Shown: piece after piece, positions 49,238 to 58,430 of the stretch
How the letters are laid out: every line of letters begins with the position of its first letter
How positions within the stretch are numbered: position 1 is the first letter of the stretch
NCBI GenBank assembly: GCA_963664405.1
Contig: OY761158.1
Coordinates: forward strand, 1,472,001-1,536,000
DNA length: 64,000 nucleotides
Reading direction: 5' to 3'
Source of the DNA: Thermoanaerobaculia bacterium
Lineage (GTDB): Bacteria; Acidobacteriota; Thermoanaerobaculia; Multivoradales; Multivoraceae
The notes under the pieces: model-generated
What the model saw: only the letters and a program-made list of their open reading frames with translations
What the model was told of the DNA's origin: nothing
Databases searched by the model: none
Made by a program: the position numbers and the translations under genes

Positions 49238-51166
49238 CTACCTCGGGCTGTACCAGATCGGCGACGTGTAGACCCTCTCCTGTGAGACCATTCGAACTTC
49301 TTCCGGGATGTTCTCGATGCCGTAAAACTTGGCGTCAAAGGCGGTCCATCGTGGGGTCGGAATCTGAAGGACACGAAGGTAGTAGAAAGCAAGCTCGTCG
49401 GCGTCGAAGTCTGGATCGCGCCAAGTGACGGCAAGCTCGGCGTCGCCGATGGTGTTGGTGTACGAAGCGGCGGCAACGTCGACGGTCGAGCCGACCGGCT
49501 CGACCTCGCCGCTGGCGCCAACCTTCCGCCCGTCGGCGAGCGCGACATCGTAGACCTTCTCGTGAAGCTCACCCGTCTCGTCTCGCCAGCCCTTGACCAC
49601 CTGTGCCCGGTCCAGGTTCGCACCGTCAGGGTCTTTCAGCGCTCGGATCAGGAAAGTGGGAGCTCCGCCCGCGGGCCCAAGGCTGAGATCACCGCCCATC
49701 GGGACACCTTTGGCGTACCCGATGTCGGCGAAGTCCGAGCGACGCGCTTCGTCTTTCTTGTAGTCCCAACCGCCAAAGAAACGCACCGTGATCCTAGGGC
49801 CCGAGCTCGCGTAGACCTCCTTTCGCTTCATCGCCGCGAAGATCGAGTCCCGGGTGTTTTCCTGCGCCCACACGGCGGCGTACCCAGCGGCTCCGGTCTC
49901 CCAATTCAGCGGGGTCGCCCAAACGCCCACCATCGGCTCGAGCATGCGAGTCGCGGAGGGCCAAGTCGAAGAGTACTTTCCCCAGAAGTTGTCGTTGTCC
50001 GCTGTCGCAAAGGAGGTATGGGCATCGGTCGAGCCGATCATTCCGAACTTGAACGGGTTGACGCCGAGCTCGGCCTGCAGCCGCAGCCCTCGTTTGAGAG
50101 CAGCGCGCGCATACTCTGCCTTCTTGATCTCGGCCTGCTCGGCCGCGTTCCAGTTTCCGCAGCAGGAATGCTCGACCGGATTCTCCAATCGGCCGGCCCA
50201 ACTGCTCCAAGTTTCGAAGTCGGCAAACTCGTCGGTCGGTGAAAGCACCGGGTGGGTCTCCGAATCACCCTTGATCTGGGTAACCTCGTAGAGAGGCTCC
50301 CAGCGGCCGCGTGTTTCGGCATAGGCAGAGCTCAGAGGACCGCCATCGAAAGTACCGAGTGCAAACATCTCGCCATTCGAAACGTTGGCGTTGTGGGGAA
50401 TCGCGAGCACCTCGCCCCCGGTCGCCTCCGAGTAGCGGGCGAGAAACCGCCACAGATCTTCGGGATTGCGACTGTCGTAGGCGCTGAAGGGAATGATGGT
50501 TCCGGTCTTCGACGCATCGTCTTTGAAGACAACTACGCGGTGCAGGTTGCCGAAGGTCTGAGCCGGCGTCCCCCTGGAGGTCCATTCGTAGCCGGCTAAG
50601 GCGGTAAAGGTTCCGGGATCGTTGTAGACATCAGCGAGCTCGACGACTCGGTGCCAGACCGTTCGCCGGTAACCCTCGTCTAACGGCTCGCCGCCTTCTC
50701 CCCACATCGCGCTCGACTCGCCGCTGAACGCGCGGCGGTTGGCGTAGGTGGGCTCCTTGGCGCTGAACTTCCGGAACGCCTCGTCGAGCCTCCTCCCCAT
50801 GCTCGTTTCGAGCAGGGCCGGATCCGCCGACTGAAGGCTCACGCTCACTCCCAAACCTTCGGCGTGGTCGGCAATGACCAGGAAGTCCAGCGGCCTTCGC
50901 AGCCGCACCGGCATCCCGTTTCTTGCTGCCACCGTCTCTCCCCTCGCGAAGCGGTAGGCGAGCTCGGGCTTGCCTGTATTCAGCCCACTCAGATTCGCAT
51001 CACTCGACGACAAGCTGGTGTGGACATGAGTGTCTCCCCAGTACACGCGAGTGGGTGTCGAGCGATCGACAGGGCTCGAATAGGAGCCACCTGTCTGCGC
51101 CGACACCACCGCCGGCGGAAACAACAAGAGCGCGACCGCTGCGCTCAGCCTTGTTGCGAGCCTCAT
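49238..51166 (-). CDS. DUF3604 family (PHP-like) secreted protein
   Basis: YWGDTHVHT, DHAE, NLHRVV, IPHN, QIKGDSE, GSTDAH, QERVYTSPIWY. Confidence 0.88.
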   Translation of the reverse strand: MRLATRLSAAVALLLFPPAVVSAQTGGSYSSPVDRSTPTRVYWGDTHVHTSLSSSDANLSGLNTGKPELAYRFARGETVAARNGMPVRLRRPLDFLVIADHAEGLGVSVSLQSADPALLETSMGRRLDEAFRKFSAKEPTYANRRAFSGESSAMWGEGGEPLDEGYRRTVWHRVVELADVYNDPGTFTALAGYEWTSRGTPAQTFGNLHRVVVFKDDASKTGTIIPFSAYDSRNPEDLWRFLARYSEATGGEVLAIPHNANVSNGEMFALGTFDGGPLSSAYAETRGRWEPLYEVTQIKGDSETHPVLSPTDEFADFETWSSWAGRLENPVEHSCCGNWNAAEQAEIKKAEYARAALKRGLRLQAELGVNPFKFGMIGSTDAHTSFATADNDNFWGKYSSTWPSATRMLEPMVGVWATPLNWETGAAGYAAVWAQENTRDSIFAAMKRKEVYASSGPRITVRFFGGWDYKKDEARRSDFADIGYAKGVPMGGDLSLGPAGGAPTFLIRALKDPDGANLDRAQVVKGWRDETGELHEKVYDVALADGRKVGASGEVEPVGSTVDVAAASYTNTIGDAELAVTWRDPDFDADELAFYYLRVLQIPTPRWTAFDAKFYGIENIPEEVRMVSQERVYTSPIWYSPR

Positions 51167-51282
51167 TTACCTCCTTCGCCCTTTGAACAAGATTGAATCA
51201 TAAATCACGACTCCTGGCTCGGTCCAGCCAGTGCCCTCGCTCCGGGCCGGATTTGGCAGATCCTGCGTGGGCGCGGCCACCT

Positions 51283-51506
51283 CGTCGCCGGGTCGGGCGC
51301 ACGGGTGGGCTCGGTCTGGGAGGGATTCTCCTCCTTTTCGGGCTGAGTTACGTGCTCGGAATCGATCCAACCACCTTCCTGCCGCTGTTGACGGGTGGAG
51401 AGTCCCCGAATCCTTCACTCACGGATCTTCGGAGGAGCGGGTACGTTGGTTCTCGCGAGGTTTCGACTCGGGAAGCATGCGGGCTTGCGACACTTTTTCG
51501 GAATGA
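51283..51506 (+). pseudogene. Internally deleted neutral zinc metallopeptidase (YpfJ-like)
   Basis: N-terminal-like GGLGLGGILLL..LGIDP abuts the C-terminal VPESFTHGSSEERVRWFSRGF..CDTF in another frame. Confidence 0.7.
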
Positions 51507-51607
51507 GCCCCAACCGCCGCGTCTCTTCTTGGGTGACGCGTCATCTTCCTGCGATAAGTTAGCGGCTGAACCACCGGCTCAGCGAGTCGGCTACTGAGGA
51601 GGAAACC

Positions 51608-52048
51608 ATGGCGGAGCTGAGCTTGGATACGGCGTTGGAGATCGTGCGCCAGACATTGATCACCGGGCGCGCGACTGAATGTGCGCCGTTGACGGTGGCG
51701 GTACTGGACGCGGGAGGTCACCTCAAAGCTTTTTCGCGCGAGGACGGTTCGGGCATCCTGCGCCCGCAGATCTGCTTCGGCAAGGCTTGGGGAGCGCTAG
51801 GAGTCGGCGCAGGCAGCCGCGTGATGGCCCAGCGGGCAGCCAAAGGAGCCGGCGACCAGGCATTCGTCGAGTCCCTCGGCGCATTATCCGGCGGCCACTT
51901 CGTTCCAGCTCCCGGAGGAGTACTGGTTCGCGACAGTGGGGGCGCCGTCATCGGCGCCGTCGGAGTAACGGGCGACGTTTCCGAGAAGGACGAGGCGTGT
52001 GCCATCGCCGGCATCGAGGCTGTCGGCCTCGTTGCGGACCCAGGATAG
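51608..52048 (+). CDS. GlcG/HbpS-like heme-binding protein
   Basis: VAVLDAGGHL, GKAWGA, GGV..IGAVGVTG..DEACA. Confidence 0.9.
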   Translation: MAELSLDTALEIVRQTLITGRATECAPLTVAVLDAGGHLKAFSREDGSGILRPQICFGKAWGALGVGAGSRVMAQRAAKGAGDQAFVESLGALSGGHFVPAPGGVLVRDSGGAVIGAVGVTGDVSEKDEACAIAGIEAVGLVADPG

Positions 52049-52227
52049 TCTGAGAGACGAGTGGATAGTCAGGCGGAGCGACCTTGGACGAGGCCGAGAT
52101 CGAGTGTGTGCGGGAGATCTCGAGCTCCCAAGTCCACGCCTGAGAAGGGTCGGCCGGAGGTCTCACCTTCAACGGTTGTAAGCTTCTCTCAGCAACTCCA
52201 GCAGAGACGAGAAAGGATGGTAACGAC

Positions 52228-53076
52228 GTGATCACCGGCATGCCTCGTATCGCTATCGCTGTCCACGACTTTCCAAAGACCGTTTCCACCTTCCGGGAAA
52301 AGTTGGGAATGCCAGTCATCGACTTCTCGGAGAGTAGCGTCGAGAGCCTGGGCGCGCAGCTGGGAATGTGCGTGCCACCCGGGGGAAGCAACATCGAGCT
52401 CATGTCGCCATCCAACCCCGAGGCACCTCTCAGTCAGAGTCTGCAAAAGTTTCTGGATCGCCGCGGCGAGGGCCCATTCGCGCTCATGCTGGAAGCCCCG
52501 GATCCGGACGCCGAGGCGGAGGACCTCCGCGGGCGCGGTCTCGATGTGCTCCCGCTGATGGGCGGCGCCGGCGGGCGCGACGTGCATCCGAGATCGACCC
52601 ACGGCGTCCTCATCCGTGTCTACCCGGTCAGCTCGTTCGAGGGAGAGGCAAAGCCGGAAGACGAGGGCGATTCGCTGGGGCTCTCGGGAATCGCTCGAGT
52701 CATCGTCGCGGTCAATGACCTGGAGCATGCCGCCGCCGTCTATGGAGCCAAGTTCGCAATGGGCATCGGGGACTCCGCTATCGACAACAATCGAGGTGTG
52801 AGGTCCGCGATCTGCACTCCACCGACCGGGGGCGTGATCGAGCTCGTATCGGTGGAGAACCCAGAGCGTCCATTCGCAAGGTCTATCGCAGATTTCTTGG
52901 AAAGCAATCGAGAGGGTATGTTCGCACTGGTCTTGAATTCCCCCGATCCGCGACATTCTGCGGAGGCTCTTGCAGACCGAGGACTGGACGTCGGCGTGTC
53001 CGCGGACTCAGATGCAGCTGTCGAGATCGCACGAAGCTCTACCTTCGGCGCACTCATTCGGATTGAGGCGATCTAG
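52228..53076 (+). CDS. Tandem VOC (methylmalonyl-CoA epimerase-like) protein
   Basis: Two repeats: IELMSP..FLDRRGEG..HGVLI and IELVS..FLESNREG..FGALI. Confidence 0.8.
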   Translation: MITGMPRIAIAVHDFPKTVSTFREKLGMPVIDFSESSVESLGAQLGMCVPPGGSNIELMSPSNPEAPLSQSLQKFLDRRGEGPFALMLEAPDPDAEAEDLRGRGLDVLPLMGGAGGRDVHPRSTHGVLIRVYPVSSFEGEAKPEDEGDSLGLSGIARVIVAVNDLEHAAAVYGAKFAMGIGDSAIDNNRGVRSAICTPPTGGVIELVSVENPERPFARSIADFLESNREGMFALVLNSPDPRHSAEALADRGLDVGVSADSDAAVEIARSSTFGALIRIEAI

Positions 53077-53097
53077 CAGAAATACCCCTTCGTCTCG

Positions 53098-53264
53098 CTA
53101 GTGTCCCGTGTGGGAAGTTCGTTGACCACCGAGAGCGTCGAGGCGCCCGCTGGGCAAGGCGCTCCGAGGCAGGCATAGCTGGGACTCTGTCGACGAGGAG
53201 CAACGCCGCCCAGCGGGATGCATCGGCGCTCGAATGGCAACGAACTTCCCGCACGGGACACTAG
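53098..53264. mobile_element. CTAG-bounded palindromic MITE-like element, family C
   Basis: 27-bp IR CTAGTGTCCCGTGTGGGAAGTTCGTTG / CAACGAACTTCCCGCACGGGACACTAG (1 mismatch). Confidence 0.85.
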
Positions 53265-53280
53265 GGCGCCTACGCCGTGG

Positions 53281-54126
53281 TTAGCGCTTCTCTTCGGCCA
53301 GCTGGGCCAGATACAGCTTCTCGTAGTGCTCGATGGCCGCGAGATACCCCTCCGGATCGACGAAGGTGTCGGGGCTGTAGGCCTGTCCCGCCTTGTACTT
53401 CTCATGCATCGCGTACATTCCTGCGTGCGCCGAGACCCAGACGTCCACCTTTAGCGCCTTCTGCTTGCGAAAGGTCTCGGCGAAATCCTCCGCCACCCCG
53501 GGGTAGGTCGGGTCGACCCACAGCTTCTTTCCCTTGTTGATCGTGCCCATGTTCGCGATCGCCACATCGTAGTCGCGTCGGCCCTCGCGCACCTTCATGG
53601 TGTAGCTCGAGCTGCCCTCAGTATGACCGGGAGTCTCGACCACGGTGAGGCGCGTCTTGCCGAGCTTGATGACCTCGCCGTCTTTGATGATCCGGTCAAC
53701 CCCGATCGGCTTGAAGGTCTCCTTGCCGCCGAAGTGCGGATCGCTGAAGCCACCGTCCGCCAGCACCCGCGCGTCGGCGGCGGTCGCCCACATCTCGGCG
53801 CCGGTGATCTCCTTGATCTCCGCCAGGGCGGCGGTGTGATCCCAGTGCGACTGCATGGTCAGGAGGATCTCGATGTCCTCCATCCGGAAGCCCACCGATT
53901 CGATGTTCTCGCGGATCATCGCCGTCGACTCCTCGACGCCGGTATTGATCAGGATGTGACCCTTGCCGGTAGTGATCAGAAAGACGCCAAGATCGTAAGA
54001 ACCGACCGCATAGAGGTTGCCGATCACACGATGGCCGGGGAAGGGCTTCGTCCACCCTTCTCGCTGAGCGCTCAGAGGCACGGTCAGGGCAAGCGCCAGC
54101 CAAAAAGTCACGAGGTGTTGTCGCAT
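53281..54126 (-). CDS. Subclass B3 metallo-beta-lactamase-like protein (QxHxDH variant)
   Basis: Signal peptide; IGNLYAVG, GHILINTG, QSHWDH, TPGHT, SAH, FVDPEGY. Confidence 0.85.
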   Translation of the reverse strand: MRQHLVTFWLALALTVPLSAQREGWTKPFPGHRVIGNLYAVGSYDLGVFLITTGKGHILINTGVEESTAMIRENIESVGFRMEDIEILLTMQSHWDHTAALAEIKEITGAEMWATAADARVLADGGFSDPHFGGKETFKPIGVDRIIKDGEVIKLGKTRLTVVETPGHTEGSSSYTMKVREGRRDYDVAIANMGTINKGKKLWVDPTYPGVAEDFAETFRKQKALKVDVWVSAHAGMYAMHEKYKAGQAYSPDTFVDPEGYLAAIEHYEKLYLAQLAEEKR

Positions 54127-54171
54127 ACCGCAAGTATTGCGCTTCAACCTCGGCATCTCAACCAGGCCGCC

Positions 54172-55164
54172 TCACTCCTTCTCGATCAGGTGCGCGTCGA
54201 TTCCGTAGTGGTCGACCTCGTCCAGGACCGCCTTCATCGGAGCGAGCCTTCTGCGACCGGCCGCGACTCGAGGATCCTCAACCGGATCGGAGAGTGTCCG
54301 ACCCAGAAACTCGAAGGCGACGCGCATCCGTGGGCCCAACGACGGGCCGATGTGGTCTGCGCCCAGATAGAGGTGATACTCGTGGCGAACCTTGTTGTCC
54401 CACAGCACCTCGTGGAGGAACTGCGTCGCTTCGTGGAGCCAGTACATGTCCTCGTCGCCGGCGTCGAGCATGATCTTGAGACCGGAGGAGCGGATCTTCT
54501 CCGCGTCGTTGGCGACGATCCAGGCCGGGTTGTTGGCGGCGTAGTACTCCTTGTCGATAGGCTTTCCGAAGGCTTGCTCCATTAGGGCATCGGAGCGCCA
54601 GAAGCGGTGCTTGGGCCGGATCTCGTCCCACTCCATGACCGGGTCTGTGCCCGGCTCCATGCCCGCCACCGCCCCGAACTTCTCCGGATACTTGAACGCC
54701 AGACGCAACGACCCCATGCCCCCCATCGAAGCCCCGGTCAGCATGGTGCCGCGAGCGTCGCTACGCAGATTGAAGCGCTGGCGCAGGTTATCGAGGAAGG
54801 GCCCGATCAAGAAGGTCTCCCACTGCTGCGAGCCGTCTTTGAGATCGAGGTAAAAACCTCGCTTCAGGGCCGACGGCATGATCACGACCAACGGCGGGAT
54901 GCGCTCTTCGTCCCAGAGCTCGTCCCAGATCGACTGTTGATCTCTTAGCCTTTCGCAGTCGCCCCCGCCGCCATGAAGGTTGATCACCAGAGGATAGGGA
55001 GCCGCGTCGGTCGAATAGCCCGGCGGGAGCAGTGCGTAGTACTCGACAGGGCTCCGCACCAGATCGGTTTCGATCTGCCCCGAGACCAGCTCGCTCGCAG
55101 TCCCTGTTCCAGCCAGCAAGAAGAGAGCACCCGAGACCAAGGTTCTTCGCGACAAGAGCTTCAT
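54172..55164 (-). CDS. Secreted esterase (putative esterase family)
   Basis: LLPPGY, YPLVINLHG, GASMGG, DAGDED, GADH. Confidence 0.85.
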   Translation of the reverse strand: MKLLSRRTLVSGALFLLAGTGTASELVSGQIETDLVRSPVEYYALLPPGYSTDAAPYPLVINLHGGGGDCERLRDQQSIWDELWDEERIPPLVVIMPSALKRGFYLDLKDGSQQWETFLIGPFLDNLRQRFNLRSDARGTMLTGASMGGMGSLRLAFKYPEKFGAVAGMEPGTDPVMEWDEIRPKHRFWRSDALMEQAFGKPIDKEYYAANNPAWIVANDAEKIRSSGLKIMLDAGDEDMYWLHEATQFLHEVLWDNKVRHEYHLYLGADHIGPSLGPRMRVAFEFLGRTLSDPVEDPRVAAGRRRLAPMKAVLDEVDHYGIDAHLIEKE

Positions 55165-55226
55165 ACCTCCCCCTTTCGAGCTTTGCCGAAGGTTCCGGAT
55201 GCGCCGTCCTCGGCGCCAAACAACAA

Positions 55227-55266
55227 CTAGCCGGGGGAAATGATATTGATCATTTTCTCCGGCTAG
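55227..55266. repeat. 40-bp CTAG-bounded hairpin (minimal MITE or terminator)
   Basis: CTAGCCGGGGGAAATGAT-ATTG-ATCATTTTCTCCGGCTAG; the right CTAG contains the DUF1501 stop codon. Confidence 0.75.
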
Positions 55267-56516
55267 GCAAACGCGCCGAGAGTCGGAAAGTCACCTTTGA
55301 GAACGGCGTCGGCGCCGTCGAAGCCCATCCACTCCTCGATCATCGTGGCGTAGACCGACCGGAAGTCGGTGGTGACCTTCAGATTGCCATTCTGATCCAG
55401 ATCCTCGAGGCTGGGGAAACCGCCATACCAGCCACCCTTCACCTGCTTGCCGAGAATGTACATGGGTCCCGCGGTGCCGTGATCGGTACCCCCGCTGGCG
55501 TTCTCGTTGACCCGCCGACCGAACTCGGAGAAGACCATGATGGCGATGTCGTCCGCCCGTCCGATCCGCTCCATGTCGTCGAGGAAGGCACGTAGCGCGT
55601 CGGTGGCGTAGAGCACGTAGGAGCGCAGCGTCAGCGCCTGGTTGGCATGGGTATCCCAACCGCCCATGCTGGCGTAGTAGATCCGGGTGGGAAAGCCACT
55701 GTCGATGAGCGCCGCCACGTGCTCGAGGTCGTTCTGCAGCGCGCCCACTCCCCCATAGTCGATGACAGTCTTGTACTCGGCGCACGCATCCTTGACCAGG
55801 GAGGAGCTGTCGGTGGCGACGGCATCGATGTTGTTGAGGAAGGAGAGGGTCGGGTTCGCCACCTCGACATCCTCGGTCATTCGTACGAGAGCGGCTCGCT
55901 GGGCGCTGCTCACCTCGCGCTGGAACTTCTCGGGATCGCTGAAGGTGATCGGCGCGTGGAGCCCGCTGCGCACCGCCAAGCTCTCCTTGGTGCCGACGTT
56001 GACGATGAACTGCTTCGGCGCATCGGGCCTCGCGTCGTCGGCGAAGCGCCCCAGCCAACCGCGGGAATCAGAGCCGTTGGGAACCGCGGTGTGCCAGTAC
56101 TCCATCGAGGAGAAGTGCGAAAGGCTCGAGTTGTCATAGCCGCAACCGTTGACCACCGCCATCTTGCCGTCCTTGAAGAGGCGCTCGAAACCGGGGGCGC
56201 GGGGGTGGAAGCCGAAGTCGTCGCTCACTCGAAGCGCCTCGCTCTTGGGGATCGCAAGTGTGGGGCGCGACCGGTAGTAATGATCGTTCTCGATCGGTAC
56301 CAGCACGCTCAAGCCATCGATCCCCCCTGCGAGCTCGACGACGATGAGAATCCGCTCGTTCTCCTGCTTGCCGGATCGAGCCTGCGCGGCGAGAGCAGCG
56401 CCGGCCTGCTGCAGGAAGCCCGGCAGCGTCGCCGAGACACCGAGACCGACGAGGCCGCTGCGCAGAAGCTCCCGACGGGTGCAGGAGCAATTATGGGGTC
56501 TCAAGATGTTTGCCAT
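55263..56516 (-). CDS. DUF1501 family Tat-exported protein
   Basis: TRRELL, LAGGIDGL, SHF, GGWDTH, SEFGRR..EN..GTDHG. Confidence 0.9.
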   Translation of the reverse strand: MANILRPHNCSCTRRELLRSGLVGLGVSATLPGFLQQAGAALAAQARSGKQENERILIVVELAGGIDGLSVLVPIENDHYYRSRPTLAIPKSEALRVSDDFGFHPRAPGFERLFKDGKMAVVNGCGYDNSSLSHFSSMEYWHTAVPNGSDSRGWLGRFADDARPDAPKQFIVNVGTKESLAVRSGLHAPITFSDPEKFQREVSSAQRAALVRMTEDVEVANPTLSFLNNIDAVATDSSSLVKDACAEYKTVIDYGGVGALQNDLEHVAALIDSGFPTRIYYASMGGWDTHANQALTLRSYVLYATDALRAFLDDMERIGRADDIAIMVFSEFGRRVNENASGGTDHGTAGPMYILGKQVKGGWYGGFPSLEDLDQNGNLKVTTDFRSVYATMIEEWMGFDGADAVLKGDFPTLGAFA

Positions 56517-56559
56517 TCTCGGTTCACCTCCCTGCCGAGGCCGATCGCACGCTGGCGCT

Positions 56560-58344
56560 TCAACTGAGCTGGTACTCCGGGACACTGATAATCAAGTGAA
56601 GCAGGCTGCGCAGAGTCTCCTCCGTACTCTCCGCCTGGTAGTCGATCGTCGCCTCGCCGAGCTCTGTCGCAACAAAGTCGAGCATTGCACCCCGCCTTTG
56701 CGCTGAAAGCGGCACACGTAGGAAGCGGCCGGCAAGGTAGTCGACCGCCTCTTCTCCGGTCTGTACCTCCGCACTGCGTAGGAGACTGGAGAGATCAAAC
56801 ACGGCCGCTTGCCGGTCGAGCCTGACGGTGCGGCTGGCACGTCGCCGGCCCGCCCGGGAAGCCTGGGGAGAGTTGTACTCCTCGCTCTCGTTGAAGCGGG
56901 TCGACTTGCCCGAAGAGATCTCCGCCATCGTACTCATAGCGGCGCCCCCCCCGCCGCCCCCTGGAGGCGACACTCGCTCAGGAAAGAGCGCCTGGCCCAG
57001 ATAGTTGGCCCTGCCGATCAGAGTCGCCGGGTTGATCCAGGTGCGACCGCCGGACCAGCCGGCGACGTTGGGCGGAAAGAAAAGCTCCTGGCCCTGGATC
57101 TGGCAGAAGGAGCGAAAGTCGGGAGTCCCGGGGATCGCGTCGAGGCCGAGCTTGCGGAAGGAGGACACGGCCAGCACCACCGGGCTCTTGACCTGGGTTG
57201 CAAAGGAGGCGGGGCTGTAGAAGTCGCGCGACAGGAAGAGTGTGGTCAAGAAGGGCTTGAGCTCGTAGTCGTTGTCTCGAAGCACCCGCGCCAAGGCCGA
57301 GTGCAGCTCAGGAGTGAGCTCCTCTCGCGAGAAGTAGCGATAGAGCTTGCCGGCGATGAATCGGGCGGCGGCCTCCTGCCCGAGGATGAGATCGATCACA
57401 TCGTAGCCGTCGAAATTACCCCTGTGACCGAAGATCGTCTTTTCAGCGGCGTCGTGGTTCTCCTTGCGGTCGACGAAACTCAGGTGCTCGCTGGTCCATC
57501 CGGTGAACGCCCGAGCGGCCTCGCGGATGTCCTCTTCGGTGTAGTTGCCGACGCCGAGGGCGAAGAGCTCCATGATCTCCCTGGCGAAGTTCTCGTTGGG
57601 GTGCTCCTTGACGTTGAGCCGATTGTCGAGCCACCACACCATTGCCGGGTCCTGGGACATGGCGACCAGGAGGTCCCGAAAGCCGGAGGTGGCGAGACGG
57701 CGCGAGGTCTCGTTCTGTCGCACCATGCGCTTGTAGTAGCGCAGCTTCTGGTTCGAGGTAGCGAAGTGGTCGTGCCAGAAGAGGGTCATGCGCTCTTCGA
57801 GCGGGCGCGGTGTCACCACCATTCGGCTGGCCCACCAGTGGGCGTAGCGCACCATCTCCAACTGGTCGGCCCAGAGCAGAAAGTAGCTGCGCTCGGCCAC
57901 CGGCTGCAGCCGCATCGGCCCCGACGCAGCGACCTTGACTCCTAGCGCCTCGCCGCTGCGCCGGGCTTCCGGTAGAGCCTCTCGCACGCCAAGCATGTAG
58001 GGCTCGACGCCGTCGGGATAGATGCCGGTCTCTTGGAAGGCGGGTAGGTCGCTGGCATCGATCTTCTCGTAGTGGACGAGATACCGAACGGCCTCGGCGG
58101 GCGTCATCGCCGTCAGATGCTCGATCTCGGCCGGAGCTCCACCGAATCCAGCGCGCTCGAGAAGATGACCGGCGCGGGCGTACGACCAGTCGGCGGCAGT
58201 GATCGGCGCAAGATCGCCGACCCACGATGACGGCCCGGCTCCTCGCTCGAAAAACTGCGGCCCGGCGGCGCCGGCGGGGGCGATCAAGGCCAGGCCGAGA
58301 CCGAAGACAGGCAATCGCAGCATGAGGATGGCTCCCAGAGACAA
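56560..58344 (-). CDS. DUF1800 family protein
   Basis: HLLERAGFG, LFWHDHFATS, NENFAREIMELFALG, ARAFTGW, PPNVAGW, PEYQL. Confidence 0.9.
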   Translation of the reverse strand: MSLGAILMLRLPVFGLGLALIAPAGAAGPQFFERGAGPSSWVGDLAPITAADWSYARAGHLLERAGFGGAPAEIEHLTAMTPAEAVRYLVHYEKIDASDLPAFQETGIYPDGVEPYMLGVREALPEARRSGEALGVKVAASGPMRLQPVAERSYFLLWADQLEMVRYAHWWASRMVVTPRPLEERMTLFWHDHFATSNQKLRYYKRMVRQNETSRRLATSGFRDLLVAMSQDPAMVWWLDNRLNVKEHPNENFAREIMELFALGVGNYTEEDIREAARAFTGWTSEHLSFVDRKENHDAAEKTIFGHRGNFDGYDVIDLILGQEAAARFIAGKLYRYFSREELTPELHSALARVLRDNDYELKPFLTTLFLSRDFYSPASFATQVKSPVVLAVSSFRKLGLDAIPGTPDFRSFCQIQGQELFFPPNVAGWSGGRTWINPATLIGRANYLGQALFPERVSPPGGGGGGAAMSTMAEISSGKSTRFNESEEYNSPQASRAGRRRASRTVRLDRQAAVFDLSSLLRSAEVQTGEEAVDYLAGRFLRVPLSAQRRGAMLDFVATELGEATIDYQAESTEETLRSLLHLIISVPEYQLS

Positions 58345-58430
58345 GCGGAAACGGTGTTTCCGATGGAGGACGGTGCCTAGAATCTACGCCCGATGGCGCG
58401 CGCCCGTCAACTTCGGGTCCCAGCGGCCCT

